A DNA stretch of 64,000 bases from Setoptus koraiensis. Its lineage: Eukaryota > Animalia > Arthropoda. The stretch lies in NCBI GenBank assembly GCA_048013815.1, contig CM106585.1, forward strand, positions 12,586,001 to 12,650,000. Direction: 5' to 3'. A model generated the notes under the pieces. The model worked only from the letters and a program-made list of their open reading frames with translations. It had not been told where the DNA came from and searched no databases. Below, piece after piece: positions 1 to 13,600 of this stretch. A program made the position numbers and the translations under genes. Position 1 is the stretch's first letter; every line of letters begins with the position of its first letter.

Positions 1-735
1 AATCAATTTGCAATTTGATTTGTTGTTTCAATTTGTTTGTTGTTGTTGTTGTTGTGCATCATGTTGATTTGATTAGTTCCATGGCGGTGAGTGGTGGTGA
101 CGGTGGCCAATCATCACGGTTGTCGGCAGGTAACGTTTAATAACAGAATAGATAAGTTTGAATGATTAAACCAAACGATCAACAAAGTGGGTGGTGGAGA
201 ATAACTTATTAGATCAACCGGTGATTGCTAATGTTGCTAATATTAATTTTATTTAATAAGTTTTGATTTAGTCTAGGTCGAGTTCGTAACAAAAATTTGC
301 TCACCGGCAGCAGCTAGGCAATGCGGCGCACAAATACAATGGGGGCTTGAATGCAATTATTAGGTCACACTCAAAGTGGCGGCACCCCTCACTGTTGTCG
401 GCTGCTAGCAGCACAATCTCGTGGCCTAATCAGTGCAATTAATTGCACCAATCACCAGTTGCCTCGTCTAGATTCTGCCCCGTTCTTGACATTTGAATCT
501 AGCGCGCATCGCCTTGATTCGTTTTGGTCTGCTCGGTTGTACAGCTTGCTGCACCACAAATATCTGGTGCGCGCAATATCTCGCCGATTTGATATTTCGA
601 ACTTTTTGCGCCACCGACAATCGAACGATCGAACGATCGAACGATCGAACGATCGACCGTAGACATAGACAACTGAAATCATCGAGTGCGGTGTCAGATG
701 GACATTGGCTGACATCATCGACAAGAGGTACTCAC

Positions 736-1191
736 CTTTTTCATGATGCCAGTTTTTCTCTTGCTGAAGGTTGTGTAGCGCCTCAATTTGTTGTTGATGA
801 ACTCCATTTTGATCCTCACTCGACCCTTGGTCTTCTTGCCGTTGGCTGGCATGTCTTTCTTCATTTCTTTGATTTGATTGTTCAACTGTTGCTGCTGATA
901 CTGTTGCTGTTGATGATGGCTGTTGGTGCTGCTGTTGGTGTGTGGCGATTGTTCACTGTCTGAGGGCGACAAACAATGGCCGTGTAGAGACAATTGTAAA
1001 TCACTTAGGCTGGTTGTAGATATGGGCGAAGACGATTGACCATTGAAATTCAATGTGTTGTTGGCTGGACTTGTTGTTGGTGCGGTGGTCGCGGACGTGG
1101 TCGTTGATGCTGCTGCTGCTACTACTACTGATGGTGACGATAATGATGCTGTTGTCGTCGTTGATCTTGAATTGTTCGATCCGGCTTTCAT
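736..1191 (-). CDS. SRF: Serum response factor (MADS-box, SRF/blistered-like), first coding exon; the gene continues off the left edge of the window
   Basis: Translation contains GKKTKGRVRIKMEFINNKLRRYTTFSKRKTGIMKK, the N-terminal half of the SRF-type MADS box. It is followed immediately by a phase-0 donor AAG|GTGAGT (GT at 735-734). The expected continuation (AYELSTLTG) was not found in 1-735. Confidence 0.93.
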
Positions 1192-3661
1192 ATTTGTATA
1201 CTAGCACATTGGCCAGGCCCCTATGAGATTCGTCGTCGTTGTCGTCGTCGTGTAACAGCAACAGCAGCAGCGCCGACAGCAACAATCTCTCGATAGTTTG
1301 GCGTGACTCACTCGCTAGAGAGGCTCAATACGAGGGGAACGTTGATCTAGCGAGTGTTTGATGCTGGGTGTCTGATGGTTTCGCGTATGTTATGCGTATA
1401 TCTGTCGCTGCTAGAATTTGTCGTCCAATGTGGCTGCCTACGTATGAGTGCAATGGTTATTGTTGGTGCAGAAATCTATTGATGAATGTTGTTCATTACT
1501 TGTGGTGTGGTATATTTGCTGCTGTTGTTGTTGTTGTTACTGCAAGCTAACTAGCAAACTGCTTGGCTCTACTTTAAGCGACTTATTTCGTTACTATTAT
1601 TATGGTGCAAGTGCGTCATGATCATCATCACATTGGCGCTGTGTGTGTCATTCAATTGGCTTGCCAATCTCCCAACAAGAGACCCTGCGTACGCATCTAT
1701 TCATATCACTAGTTTCTTCATAATGCTGCGATGTGGCTGGCGTTGCGACTCTATTGTAAGTGTTCGGTGTAAACTTTCTTCTTTGTGAGATGTTGTTCCA
1801 CTCTCAACGAAGAGGCTCAATAAGAAAGATTTTGTATGTGTGTGTTATATTATATTATAATGGGACACACTACTAGTAAACAACAAACATTCTCTATGGT
1901 TTGTGTGTGTGTTATGTAAGAATGTAGCTAGCTAGATGGCTGGCTAAACGTGCTGCTCCTGTTTTTGATGAAGATGATAGAGATGATGCATCACTGGCGA
2001 CGACACTAATGGTGGCGCTTCTTCTTACGCCGAATTGCAATGATGGTGATGATGATGATGGTGATATAACCGACTTGTGTAAACTTTATGCCAATGAATG
2101 GGCTCTTCTTCTCTGCTCACAACTTTTCACTCTTTCTTATATTCAATTGAGAACCTCGCCGTCGCTGTTGCCTCGTTCATATGCCTAAACGCTCGGATAT
2201 ACATACACACCAACTAACATGTACAGTATATGTTCGAATGTTCCTCGCTCGCACTCACTCTCTTCCTATCAGTAAAACTGTTGAGAATTCTCGTAGACGA
2301 ATTTCTTTCTTTTTATTCCTCTCTCTCGATCCTGTTCAAAGGTTCTTCGCTTTCTGCACTCTCTCGCTGCCTAGGCTGAGTGTGTCTGTGTGTATGTCTG
2401 AGTGTGTCTGTCTGTCTGCATCGCTTGTCGTCCGAATCATTACTGCAACTAAAACTTTAATTATCACACTCCCATACACCCACACTCGCTTGTCCGTACG
2501 TACACTAACATACATTCACAAAGTCTGTTGGGGCCTAGCGTGCACTATTCATCGACCATGTGGTGCCTGGCGCTGCTCAACTGAGTTCGCGAATTTCCTA
2601 CTGAGTCACATTCGGTAAGCTCAAACAGTTCTTTTTGAGTCTGTTGTCCGATGCGCTAAACAAAACAGACTCTCGCAACGAGAGTCTCGTTTGTTTGCTT
2701 GGTGCGATAAAACAAACTCACATTTGAACACTTAAACTTAAAGTAAGCAGAAAGACTTGACTTGGTCTTAAAAAAAAACTACATCGCCATGCAAACAAGC
2801 TGATGCGGACTCAACACTCATTAGCGTGTTGCTGCTGAGCGCAATAACTGTCTACGCTTCGTCAACTACCTCATGTGCTTCAGCGTTTGAGCCAAAAAAC
2901 TCAAACTCTATTGCATCACAAATAGCTTGCGAAGGGAGATGCCCGACAGCTGTCATCTAAGCGCACTACAAGCAACAGCTGCCAAGACAATGTCTGAGAT
3001 GGTGTCTACAGGGAGCCCTTTTCGAATTCGCTCGATTTTTTTTTATATTCTACTCACTCTCGGATAATTCTCGGGCGCATGCGCACTATTATGCAAATAA
3101 GCTTGTATGCATGTTGCTTGGTTATTAGGTTGGGTCGAGCGGCCGCCTTCAATCAAACTCCGACGAATCCGCTTGGTTTTCTTCATAAGTTTCGAATCAA
3201 CAAGTTTCGCCTAACATTAGACCACATGGTTTCTGTAATATTCATGGCCGAACTTGGACAGCCGGATCAAAATGACGATCTCATATTTTCCCGTAAGAAA
3301 CAAGTATTCTTCCGAAATGTCAACTCAGTGGCGAGAGACTAAAACTCCATCAATTGGCTCTGATAAACTCACTGTCATTCTTTTGCACAGCACACAAACA
3401 AATGTATCACATTGAAAATTCTCAATTTAGAACCGCAAGAATTATTTCTAGATCGACTATGCTTCTCACATAGATCGACTACCTTTAGTTAATGTTAATT
3501 GTTCTAAAAGAACTAAAGATATTATTTCATCCCTCAGATTTAAGATCATGGAGAGAAGTCATTTAGGTATTACAGCGTTTCAGCTATGGTACATAACAGG
3601 ATGAGGTACGGGAGTTTAGCCTGATATTGACGCTTAAGGTGTTGGAACATCGAGATCATTA

Positions 3662-6600
3662 TCATTTGATTTTCTTCTTCTTATACCGAGGCTCTAGCTC
3701 GTCATCGTCGTCATCCAGATCAATATCCTCTTCCTCCTCTTCTTCTTCCTCATCTTCCTCATCTTCATTCTCTTCATCGTTCATGGACTCTGAATCTTGC
3801 TTGTAGGTTGATTCTGCATTGTTACTATCGAGGTCTTGATCACCTTCAGATGGTTCAGCATCGGCATCAGCATCGGCGTCGGCGTCGTCATCTTCACTAT
3901 CGAACCACAATTGTTCATTGATATGATCTTGCTCAGGATCGTCCAAGGGTGGTTGTCTAGCAACGCTTCTATATAAGTGATTTCCAAATATGATGGACGT
4001 ACTACTGTAGCACGATTGATGAGAAATAATATTAGAATATATGTTATTAGTTTGAATTCATTAAAGTTTTTGATTTTAGAAAAAGAGCTCAAGTTAGTTG
4101 ACCAAACTTACTTTTCAATCGATGATCTGTCAGATTTGATATCTATCTTATGTTTCTCTTGAACAATATCTCGTTTTGTTCGCATAAATTTGAAGGTATC
4201 GACATAATCAATCTGTTCAAGAAAGCTACCAAATTTGTTAAGTATATTGTCCATCAGGTTAACTAATTCCTCACTCTGTATAAATTCAAACATTTCTAAT
4301 ATGGCAGAATCTAGTAAATTATATCGTCCTTTGTTTGCCTTGAGAACCTGAATTATGGGATCAAATAGATTACCATGTATGATTAGGCGGTGATAAATAT
4401 CGTCTTTTGTTGCTACAAGCCTTCGCATGAATCTTATTACACCTGATGAAGAAACGAGAAAAAGATTGATAAGTATTAATAATACTGTACAGAGAAAAGA
4501 TTTTATGGCTAAAATGTATCGCGAAAAACTTACATAGTACAAGAAACGTATGCCTAGAATTGACCAGCACCATGACTCTACTCAAAATATTCTGCTGCAA
4601 TATGTAGTTTCTAAGGTGATAACCATGGTGCTCAACAAAGAACGTTAGTAACTCTAACATAATACTGAGCAATTGAGCGTTTCTTCTATCGTCTTTTAAA
4701 GGCCTGATTTCCCCATCTAATGTGGTAGATGCTATTATTGGATTCACTAGATCTTGCATACAGTTATTATAAAAGAATGATAAAAACACACTTTTATCTG
4801 CTGCCGAACCTGGCATGTTCTCCGGTTCCAGCAATAACCTGATAATGCAGGACAATTGTGTAGCCAAACCCATTTCGGGGTCTGTATCGGTGGTTATCTG
4901 TTCTAATACCAAGTTCAGAATATTGCTATACTTCTTACGACTTTGATTTTGTTTGTGGTTAGACAGCTGAAGGGATTCATTACTATTCTGTTGTTTGGAC
5001 TTAGGAGATGGGGCGTTGAGTTGTGGATTATCGTCATCAGCAGCATCCATTCCATTGTCTGTTGTTGTTGTAGTTGTCGTGGATGTAGTAGTAGTCTCAT
5101 CATCCTCGTGATTGGGCTCATTAATGGTGGTAGTAGTAGTAGTTGTAGTCGTCGTAGTAGTTGTTGTAGACAAATTATTGGGAGGACTCAATGAATTGCT
5201 AACATCATCATCATTGGCTTCTTCATCAACTTCCATACTATTGAGAGCAGTGCCATTATCATTATTATTACCATTTTCACTACTATTGTTGTTATCTGAT
5301 AAATTAATGTTATTGTGATTCTGATATTGAAGAGTATTATTCATTTCTTGTTGTTGTTGCATTGCATGTTCTCTTGTCATATTTGGGCTGTATTCAACAA
5401 GGTAGGTAAAAATGTCTATAGCAGCTGATTTTGTGGTCACATCGTCGCTAGATAGTGCCACTTCAACGGCCGATAATATCTTTAATGAAGACAGTGTTTT
5501 AAAGAAGTCCTCTCTATGTTTCGGTTGTAATGTTTGTGAGAATGTACAATATTCTTTAAGAAATAGAACCAGTTCCTTCTTTCTATCTAAATCTGTGTAC
5601 TCGTTTATAATCTGATTAAATAACTCCCTAATAAAGTCGCCATCCTCTTGTATGAGAGAAACTATTTCAACTTTGTTGAAAAATATAATGTTGGTCAGAG
5701 TTGAATAGATATTTTCCTCAATAATTGATGGCGCTGGTAATACGGAATCTTGTAAATATTGCACTCGATAAGTTTGATGTATCTTATTCACTATTTTTTG
5801 ATTACCAAATGGTATCACTTCTTTGAATTTTGTTTCGTTTAGTAAAAAGTCCCTATGGCGTTTGCGCTGTCCTGTTGATGAGATTTGTTTAGCATTAGCA
5901 CCGGAACCAGAGGCCGAGGTGGAGGCAGCGCTAGTGGTAGCTGTAGAATTAGCAGCTGTCGGGGGTTCATATTCAAATACACCAATTACATTCCAGAGGT
6001 GCTGCTCGGCTAGCATTACTTCAAATAATTGATTTTTGTTTAATAGAAATAGTTGTTTAAATATTTCATAGAGTTTATGAAGTCTATCTAGATTTTGTTT
6101 TTCTTCACTCAATTTGAATATTTCCAATAGCTTTGGTATATAATCATTGGATATGTATTCGTCTGATAGAACATCGCGACGTTTTGTCGATGTTGCAAAT
6201 GTGTTGATTTGATTAAGCATCTGGTCTAAATTGTCCGCATCACAAGGTACAAGATCTATTTTGACATCTTCATCCTCATCATCGCCACCATCATAGGAGG
6301 GGTCCCTGCCTTGAACCTGGCAGATTTTCGCCCAGATCTCGTCACATCCATCTTGTTCCTGGAAACTTAAAGCTAGGTCATAATTGTCACTTTCAGTCCA
6401 TACAATGAGTGTTCCCTGTTGGTGAGTATTATTGTTGTTATTGTGTATGGAGAGAATATGATGAGTGGGAACATGAAACATGGAATACATAGATAATATA
6501 GATCAGAGGCACATATAGTATATATGTGTGTGGGCACTTACCTGCTGCTTTTGATATTGTGTATCTACTTGTATTTTTGATTCGAGCAAAAGCGAGCCGT

Positions 6601-6745
6601 CGGTTTCTGCCTTAACAAGAAGAGACATGCCGTCCAAAGGCTCGTGGTAACAAGATGTGACATGACCGGTACCCTTGTCGTCCCATGTTCTCTCGGAATT
6701 TAATGCATACAGTTTAACGCGCCTTCGAGGGTCACCACCACTCAT
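3662..6745 (-). CDS. PPP4R3: Serine/threonine-protein phosphatase 4 regulatory subunit 3 (SMEK/falafel/Psy2), ~919 aa
   Basis: Exons 6745-6542, 6415-4534, 4442-4112 and 4004-3662. All introns are GT-AG (126, 91, 107 bp) with consistent phases (0, 1, 2); total 2760 nt. Motifs: [10 protein letters not shown]...WDDKGTGHV...LLLESKI...YQKQQ|[28 protein letters not shown] (EVH1-like), [32 protein letters not shown] and an acidic tail. Confidence 0.95.
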
Positions 6746-6989
6746 ATTATTAATTATATTAAATATATATATATATACTATGGTTCATATATACATATAC
6801 ATATATATATATATATTAGATACATATATGCATACAAATAACATGTATAAATATATGCAAATATGTATATCTCAAGCTACGTGTGTGAGTGTGTGTCTGT
6901 GTATATAGAAAAAAATATTAATTAGTATTAGCGGCAATAACAACAATAATAATAATAATCCGCAGCAGTACTGTAGCTATAGGATGTTG

Positions 6990-6991
<2 letters not shown>

Positions 6992-7027
<36 letters not shown>
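6992..7027. repeat. (GT)n microsatellite upstream of PPP4R3
   Basis: About 18 GT units read directly. Confidence 0.95.
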
Positions 7028-7030
<3 letters not shown>

Positions 7031-8702
7031 TGTTGTTGTGATTGAAAATAGTAATGGATGAAGATGATGGTGACGCTGACGATGACGATATTCCGATAGT
7101 GCTATTGTCAATATAGGATAATTATTACAATCCCAAGAATAATAGTGATAGTAATGGTGTAATTCAGCTTTTCCAAAAACGATAATAATAATAATATTAT
7201 GGAAATGAAAAAAGAAGGACCATCAAGAATACGGAGAGAATAGGAAATATAAATTGAGGATACAAGCGCACACACACACACAAACACAACACACACATAC
7301 ACACACTCAAGCAGAGATAAATAGACAGACGGACAAACATGAGCAGGAGAAAGAGAACGAGAAGACCGTCTGTGTGTGTACGTTTGTGTTACTGTGTGTG
7401 CGCCTGTACAATGTTGTGCCACTCTTGTCTGTGCTTGTACACACACACACACACACACACAGAAAAAGGCTAAAGAAAAAGGGCAATTAGTAATTGCGGG
7501 TAGGGTATTTCACGTTTCGTCGTCGATAGCAATCGTACCCAAAATGCTGTAGAAATGTCTGACAAACACAGTTCTCGGGTGTATTTTTCGACTCGATAAT
7601 TATGACAAACGTATTTCACAATTTGCAGCTCTTGTGCAATTGATGATACTTGTTGTACTATGCTGCTTCACTATGAAACATCTCTGATCCGAAGGATACA
7701 TGAGACTCGCAGGAGCCTAGTCTAATCTTCTTCATAGGTATAGAGCGACCTCGTGGGGTCTCATGAGCAATACCCATCGCGCTCAGATTTTCCATACCCA
7801 AGTGAACTATTGTGACCACGAAGTGAGTGAGTGACTTTTGCGCAATAATAGGTACACTGTAGAGATTAAAATTTCTTCTTCTTGTCCTTCTAGCGCCAAA
7901 TTCAAATAAACAAGAGCACTTTTTTTCGTTTTCGGGGGAGGATTTTTTTTTAGACTGAGTAACTGATTCTGAGTCTTTTATTCTTCAACTATTTTGAAAC
8001 ATTCTGCAAACGGAACAGAAAAATGCCGGCCGACTACTGACTACTGTTAATATTGAGTATCACAGTAGAGAATATTCTAAAAGAATAATCTTTCTTGAGA
8101 GGAACTTCATTCATGTACGTAATCCAATCTCCTTCTAGGGGCAGAGCCGGCGTTCGCACTTGGCTCGAACATCAGAGTTGCTATACGATAAACATAAACA
8201 ATCAATTCAATTTCGGCCCAAGTCTAGAAATCGGCAAGTTCGTCGTCAACGAATATCTAACAAGCGTAAACACAGCGATTTGAACAAAAGTTTAGGAATT
8301 GATTGGTCATCTGAGGCTTGTTTAAAAGTGGCTCTACAGAAGTGTCCTCGTGCAATCTAAATTGCGAGCAACCACTCAAGCTCGAAGTTTTTGTAGATCA
8401 TCAATACTGATCGACATTTATTTCATCACTATATCCGGAAGTCTTAAATGCTCATTGGTTAGATAAGACAAGAACACAGAGGTGTTTGCTCTCGACTCAA
8501 TTAACAGGTAACTGGTTTATGCATACAGTGTGCAATAGAACGGCTTGTATTTATGCAGGAAATCTCCAAAATAAATCCTCTCCTCAGATGCTTCAATCAA
8601 TTTTGTAGCAGATGCCGGCTCAACCGGCCAGACGTGGTGGACTTTTTATGTTAATGTGTTGGCGATTTTTGGGTAATACCGGGTACACTGTTGATGTTTT
8701 GT

Positions 8703-10614
8703 CTATATATATATGGCATTACCATTGCTTGCTGTTGTTCTTGCTTGTTTCATCTTAATACTGACAGATAAATTTGTTTGTGATGGATCTATAATACTAT
8801 TATTGTGACTAAAGTTACTATGACTGTTACTGTGTGTGTTATAATGTACAGCTAATTGCGAATGATTTAAGTTGGCCGACGATGATCCTGACGATCTACC
8901 TTGAATGGCTTGCATACAAACAGATTTAAGATCTGATTTGAAATTGTCATTCATGAAGCAGTAAATGAGCGGATTGAGGCAGCTATGGGCCATACTAAGC
9001 CAATGGCAGACAAAATATGTGGCCACAAATATGTTGTATGGTGTTGATTTATATACAAATCCTTCTCTAATTTGTGGATACAGCCATATAATTAGAGAAA
9101 ATGTTTGTAATGGTAGCCAAAATACTGCAAATACTATTACAACGACAGCCAACATTCTAATCACTTTAACTCTGACTATTTGTTGATTGCAGTCACGAAT
9201 AACATCCGCATTTCCAGGCATTTGATGTGTCCAAATTTTCATACAAATTCTCGAGTACAGATAACATAAGAGCAATAATGGTGTGACAAATGTTATGAAA
9301 AAGATGCATATTGTGTAATGTTTTGTTATTTCTTCAGGCCATATTGGTCGGCATTCAAAATACATGCCATTGTTGTAACGGAATGGCTCTACAGTAAACA
9401 TGAGATATTCTGGCAAAGATATCGCAAAGCCTAGTAACCATACTAGAGCTATTATCACTGATTTGTTAATATTGCAAATTTTCGCTTGAGAGCACGATGA
9501 TTTCTTGAATGGATACATAATAGCCATGTGCCTGGTTGTATCAGGGATGCGATAATAGATAGAGAGATGGGGATAGACAATAGTTAGCATTAGATGAGAA
9601 TAGACAATAGTTAGCATCAGATGGTTGTGAATCAAGCGAGTCGACTAGAAGTTGTCAATTTCTGGCATGCGGCGCCGTTTGTTTGGCGCTCGTTCGGCAT
9701 TCTTGGGAACCTTCGTGGGGCATTCGTTGGAATTGGTTGGTTGGGCGACCTAAGAGCCAACAAGCGATCGAGCTGAAGCCAAGAGACAGGGGCCAGGGGT
9801 GTGGGCGAAAACTTATTATCGGTGTGGCACAGCTACGAGACAGCTGAGGGCTAATCGGAGGCGACAGTGACGCAGCGAGCGAAATTGGCACCGACAATTC
9901 AATATGCGCTCGTTCCGGCCGGCTCTTTCAGCTTTTACAACAACAACAACAACAGCGGCGATGGCTGTTGATGTTGTCAGCAGACCGCTGAATTGAGTTT
10001 GAGTTTGTTTCTGACTCAATAATTTCTCGTTGTCGCCCCGAACAAAAGTCATTAGATCGGCAGCCAGAACAAGGTTACGTAACGTTACACTTTTTCGCCA
10101 TTCGTGTGTGCCTCTCATGATAACACGGCAACAGTAATAATAATAATAATGATAACACGGCCATCATGTGTCCAGCCGACCATGTCTCGCCCGCACGTTT
10201 ATTGCCATACCATAGCGGTGTGAGAGGCAATCTTTTTCTTCTTCTTCTTCTTTTTCTTGGCGTGGTTTGGTACCGTGTTGTCCCATCCATTTGTGCCGTA
10301 TGCCGTCGAGCCGTGCTCAGCCGTGTCGCATCGGCCCGTCCCGTTCAAATCAAATTTCGGGTGCGTGGGCGCCACCCGAACGCGATTGCCCGCCAACGTG
10401 AACGAGAACATTGAAAAATGGCCTCATGGCACACAGAGAGAGCGCCAGCAAGATTGCCGACGACATTCCAGCGGATCGATAATGTGCGGCTCGGCGCCGA
10501 ACGCGGATCTGGCCGGGCGAAAACATTGGCCCGGCACCGGGGCGTCACTCGTTCAGTATTCTCGTGGCCGTTGTTGTCACTGTTTTTGACGGTGTTGTTG
10601 TCGCTGTTGCTGTC

Positions 10615-10679
<65 letters not shown>

Positions 10680-13600
10680 CGCTGTTGCTGTTGCTGTCGC
10701 CGGTGTCGGTCCGTCTCGGCCCGACAGCGGCAGCGCCCCAGCAATTAGGTAATGGAAGCGCGGCCCGGCTCGGCGCATCGCCGATAAAAAGTCTAATAAA
10801 GACGCGCGCCCACAAGGCCGCACAAGTTCGTGTGCGCACCGTCGAGACGGCCAATGGCGGCCGATCGATGGGCGAATTGTGTGGGCCCGTTTGGGGCGCC
10901 AGCGCAAGTGACATGTCAACTGGTCTCAGAGGAGCGCCAGCCTGAGCGAGCAATTTTCTTTCAAATGGGCCCAAAGTTGTGCACACGACAAGCGAGTATG
11001 CGGGCCAATGCACGAATGTGTGTCTCGATTTTCTGTCTTTTGTCGATTCTCAATCTTGAGAATCGACAAGAGAATCGACGAAAACTGAACTGGACTGGAC
11101 TGGCCAGCCATTGGACAGCATCTAAATGTATATTGCTCGGCACTAGTTACATTTACAGCCACAACAACAAGTCGCAAATAAATCTCTCCCCCGCACTGAC
11201 CGGCCATTCCATTCATCGAAGCGACCATGAAACAAGACAAATTTGCTGCCTGTTATTGTTTGCCATCAATATAATGGCACATAACGACATCCTCCAGTCG
11301 ACACACACACACACGCACGCATAAAGCGGGCCGGCAATATATGTATATAAAGACAATATATATAGATATAGACTGCTATTGGTTTGCCCATCCATTGCCG
11401 GCTGCATACCCAGAGCCGGCTGACACTCGGGCCCAATGTCAGTCGGGCCCAATGTCAGTCGGGCCCAATGTCAGTCGAGGCGGCCCACTGGCGATCCAAC
11501 TGGCGGCCGACATGCAGCGAACGGTTTCAAAAATGACAATTCTCCGCCGACGTTGCGCACTGTGTGGCGAGCCCGTTTCTCGGGCTGTTTTCAGCCCGAG
11601 CGACACGCACGACATCTCGATCATCAGTCAAAGAGCCCGTGTCACTGTGCCGTTATTTTCGGCGAGACCGCTATTTTGGGCTAAACCGTTACTCTCGGCT
11701 AAACCGTTACTCTCGGCTAAACCGTTAGTCTCGGCTAACGGCACCGGCGGCCAGAGACGCCGGCTGCTGCCGGTGGCGGCGGATGTGGAAATGCCGACAC
11801 GACAGGCAGTTTCGGGCGCATAACGGTCGCGTTTTACAATCGATTCGTCACCAACGCCCAGCTGTATATATAACAGAGCCATAACAGAGCCGATTTCGGC
11901 GCACAGTGTCGCGCCTAACGGCAGCCAGTGTCCGTGGTGGGGCGCCGATAATCAGCGATCTCATTATTGGTTTGTCTGGCAAAGATTGCGCCCCAGACAA
12001 AGCGGCGGCATGTTCGCGAGTGAACGCCAGCCAGTGATTGAGCAACGCGCTGGCTGACAAAGGCCAACAAAGGTTGCCATACACACACACGCTCGCATAA
12101 TATTAGTGGTGGCCCGCTGAAAATTCATCAAAAGCCCCGCCTGAAAGCGCAGGCCACACTGCGAGGGGGCCCCCGACGAACGCTGCCGCTCACCGAGCGC
12201 CGCACCACATATCCAAGGTCCTCGCACAGCTATTGACGCCGTCGTGATAAATGACTTATTTAGGCTAAACAGAGCCGAACAGAGCTGAGCAGAGCTGAAC
12301 AGCGAGGCTTGCACATTGGCGCCAATCGTTGGGGCCCTCGAATGTGTGGCGCTGTTTGTCGCGCGCCAAATTGGGGCCACCGTTGTGTCGACAAGTGTGC
12401 TTGCGGGGGAGCAGAAATAAAACGGCGCCCATTATTATGGCGGCGCAGCCATTATGGCGCACAACAATTTAATTGAGCCAGTCTCTGCCAGAGCCAGTCT
12501 CTGCCAGAGCCAGTCTCTGGCGATATCACCATGGGCCCGTGCTGATATCCAAGCGCCAAGATTGTAAATCGGTGTGCGGTGGCTGCCCCAGACCAGATAT
12601 CCATTGTTGTGCTGTCGCAATTAAGACACACACACACACACAATATCCATCAGACCATTAAGTTATGCATCGGCGTTGATGCTCACGCCGATGGGCTGCT
12701 GTCAGCGCCGTCAATTGGCCCATGGCACGAATGATAATTGTTGCCGAGACTGTCTGAGCCCGATCCATACACACTAAATGAGTTATGTAACACACACAAG
12801 TTAACAGTTGCGTCGATAGCCGCATCACACTGTCATGATCAGAGTGTTTAATTGGCCCGCATTGTGGCCCCCATTTTATTGGTTGCAGTGGCCAACTGGC
12901 CACTCATCATCGGTCCATTTGGCCGATCGGTCCGATTGATGGTCGCATGCGATGGTCGCCCACAATACGACGCATTTCAATTCTCTCTGCGCCGCCGACC
13001 ATCACACAACTGGCGCCGGAACTGGGGCCCGTTCTCTCATGGTGTGCGGGCATTGTGTGCGCCAATGGCTGTCTCGTGTCGTTCGGCGTGCTTGCCTTGC
13101 TTCGGCATTGTTTCGCTGTCGGATTGGCACCATAATACATCTATGTGTATGTGACCTGATGGCGCGGGGCCCGGCGAGCCAGCCATCAGGCCACGTTGTC
13201 GCAGTTTGACGTTGCTTGTCGCATGTTGTTGCATGTTGTTGCATGTCGTTGCATGTTGTTGCATGAGAATAAAGCGTCGCGTTGGCGAGCCCACTCGCAT
13301 AGCCGGCACTCGCACAACTGACAACGACAACAACGGCAACAACGACGATCACGACGACGACGACGACTGGATATTCGCTGGCAGTCCGGTGAAAAACATT
13401 AAATGGCAAACACACACAATGGCCCAAACCGTCGTGACAAATGATATAAACAAATTTGCATTTGTTGTGCCTCTGTCGAGATATATGAGCGCCATTTGCA
13501 TTTGGGCCCTTGCCAGTTGTTGTTTGGGCCTCAAATAGCCTCAGTTTATTATTCTAGTGCCAGTTCGGCCCGATGATTTTAGATACTTTGCTTATGCTGC

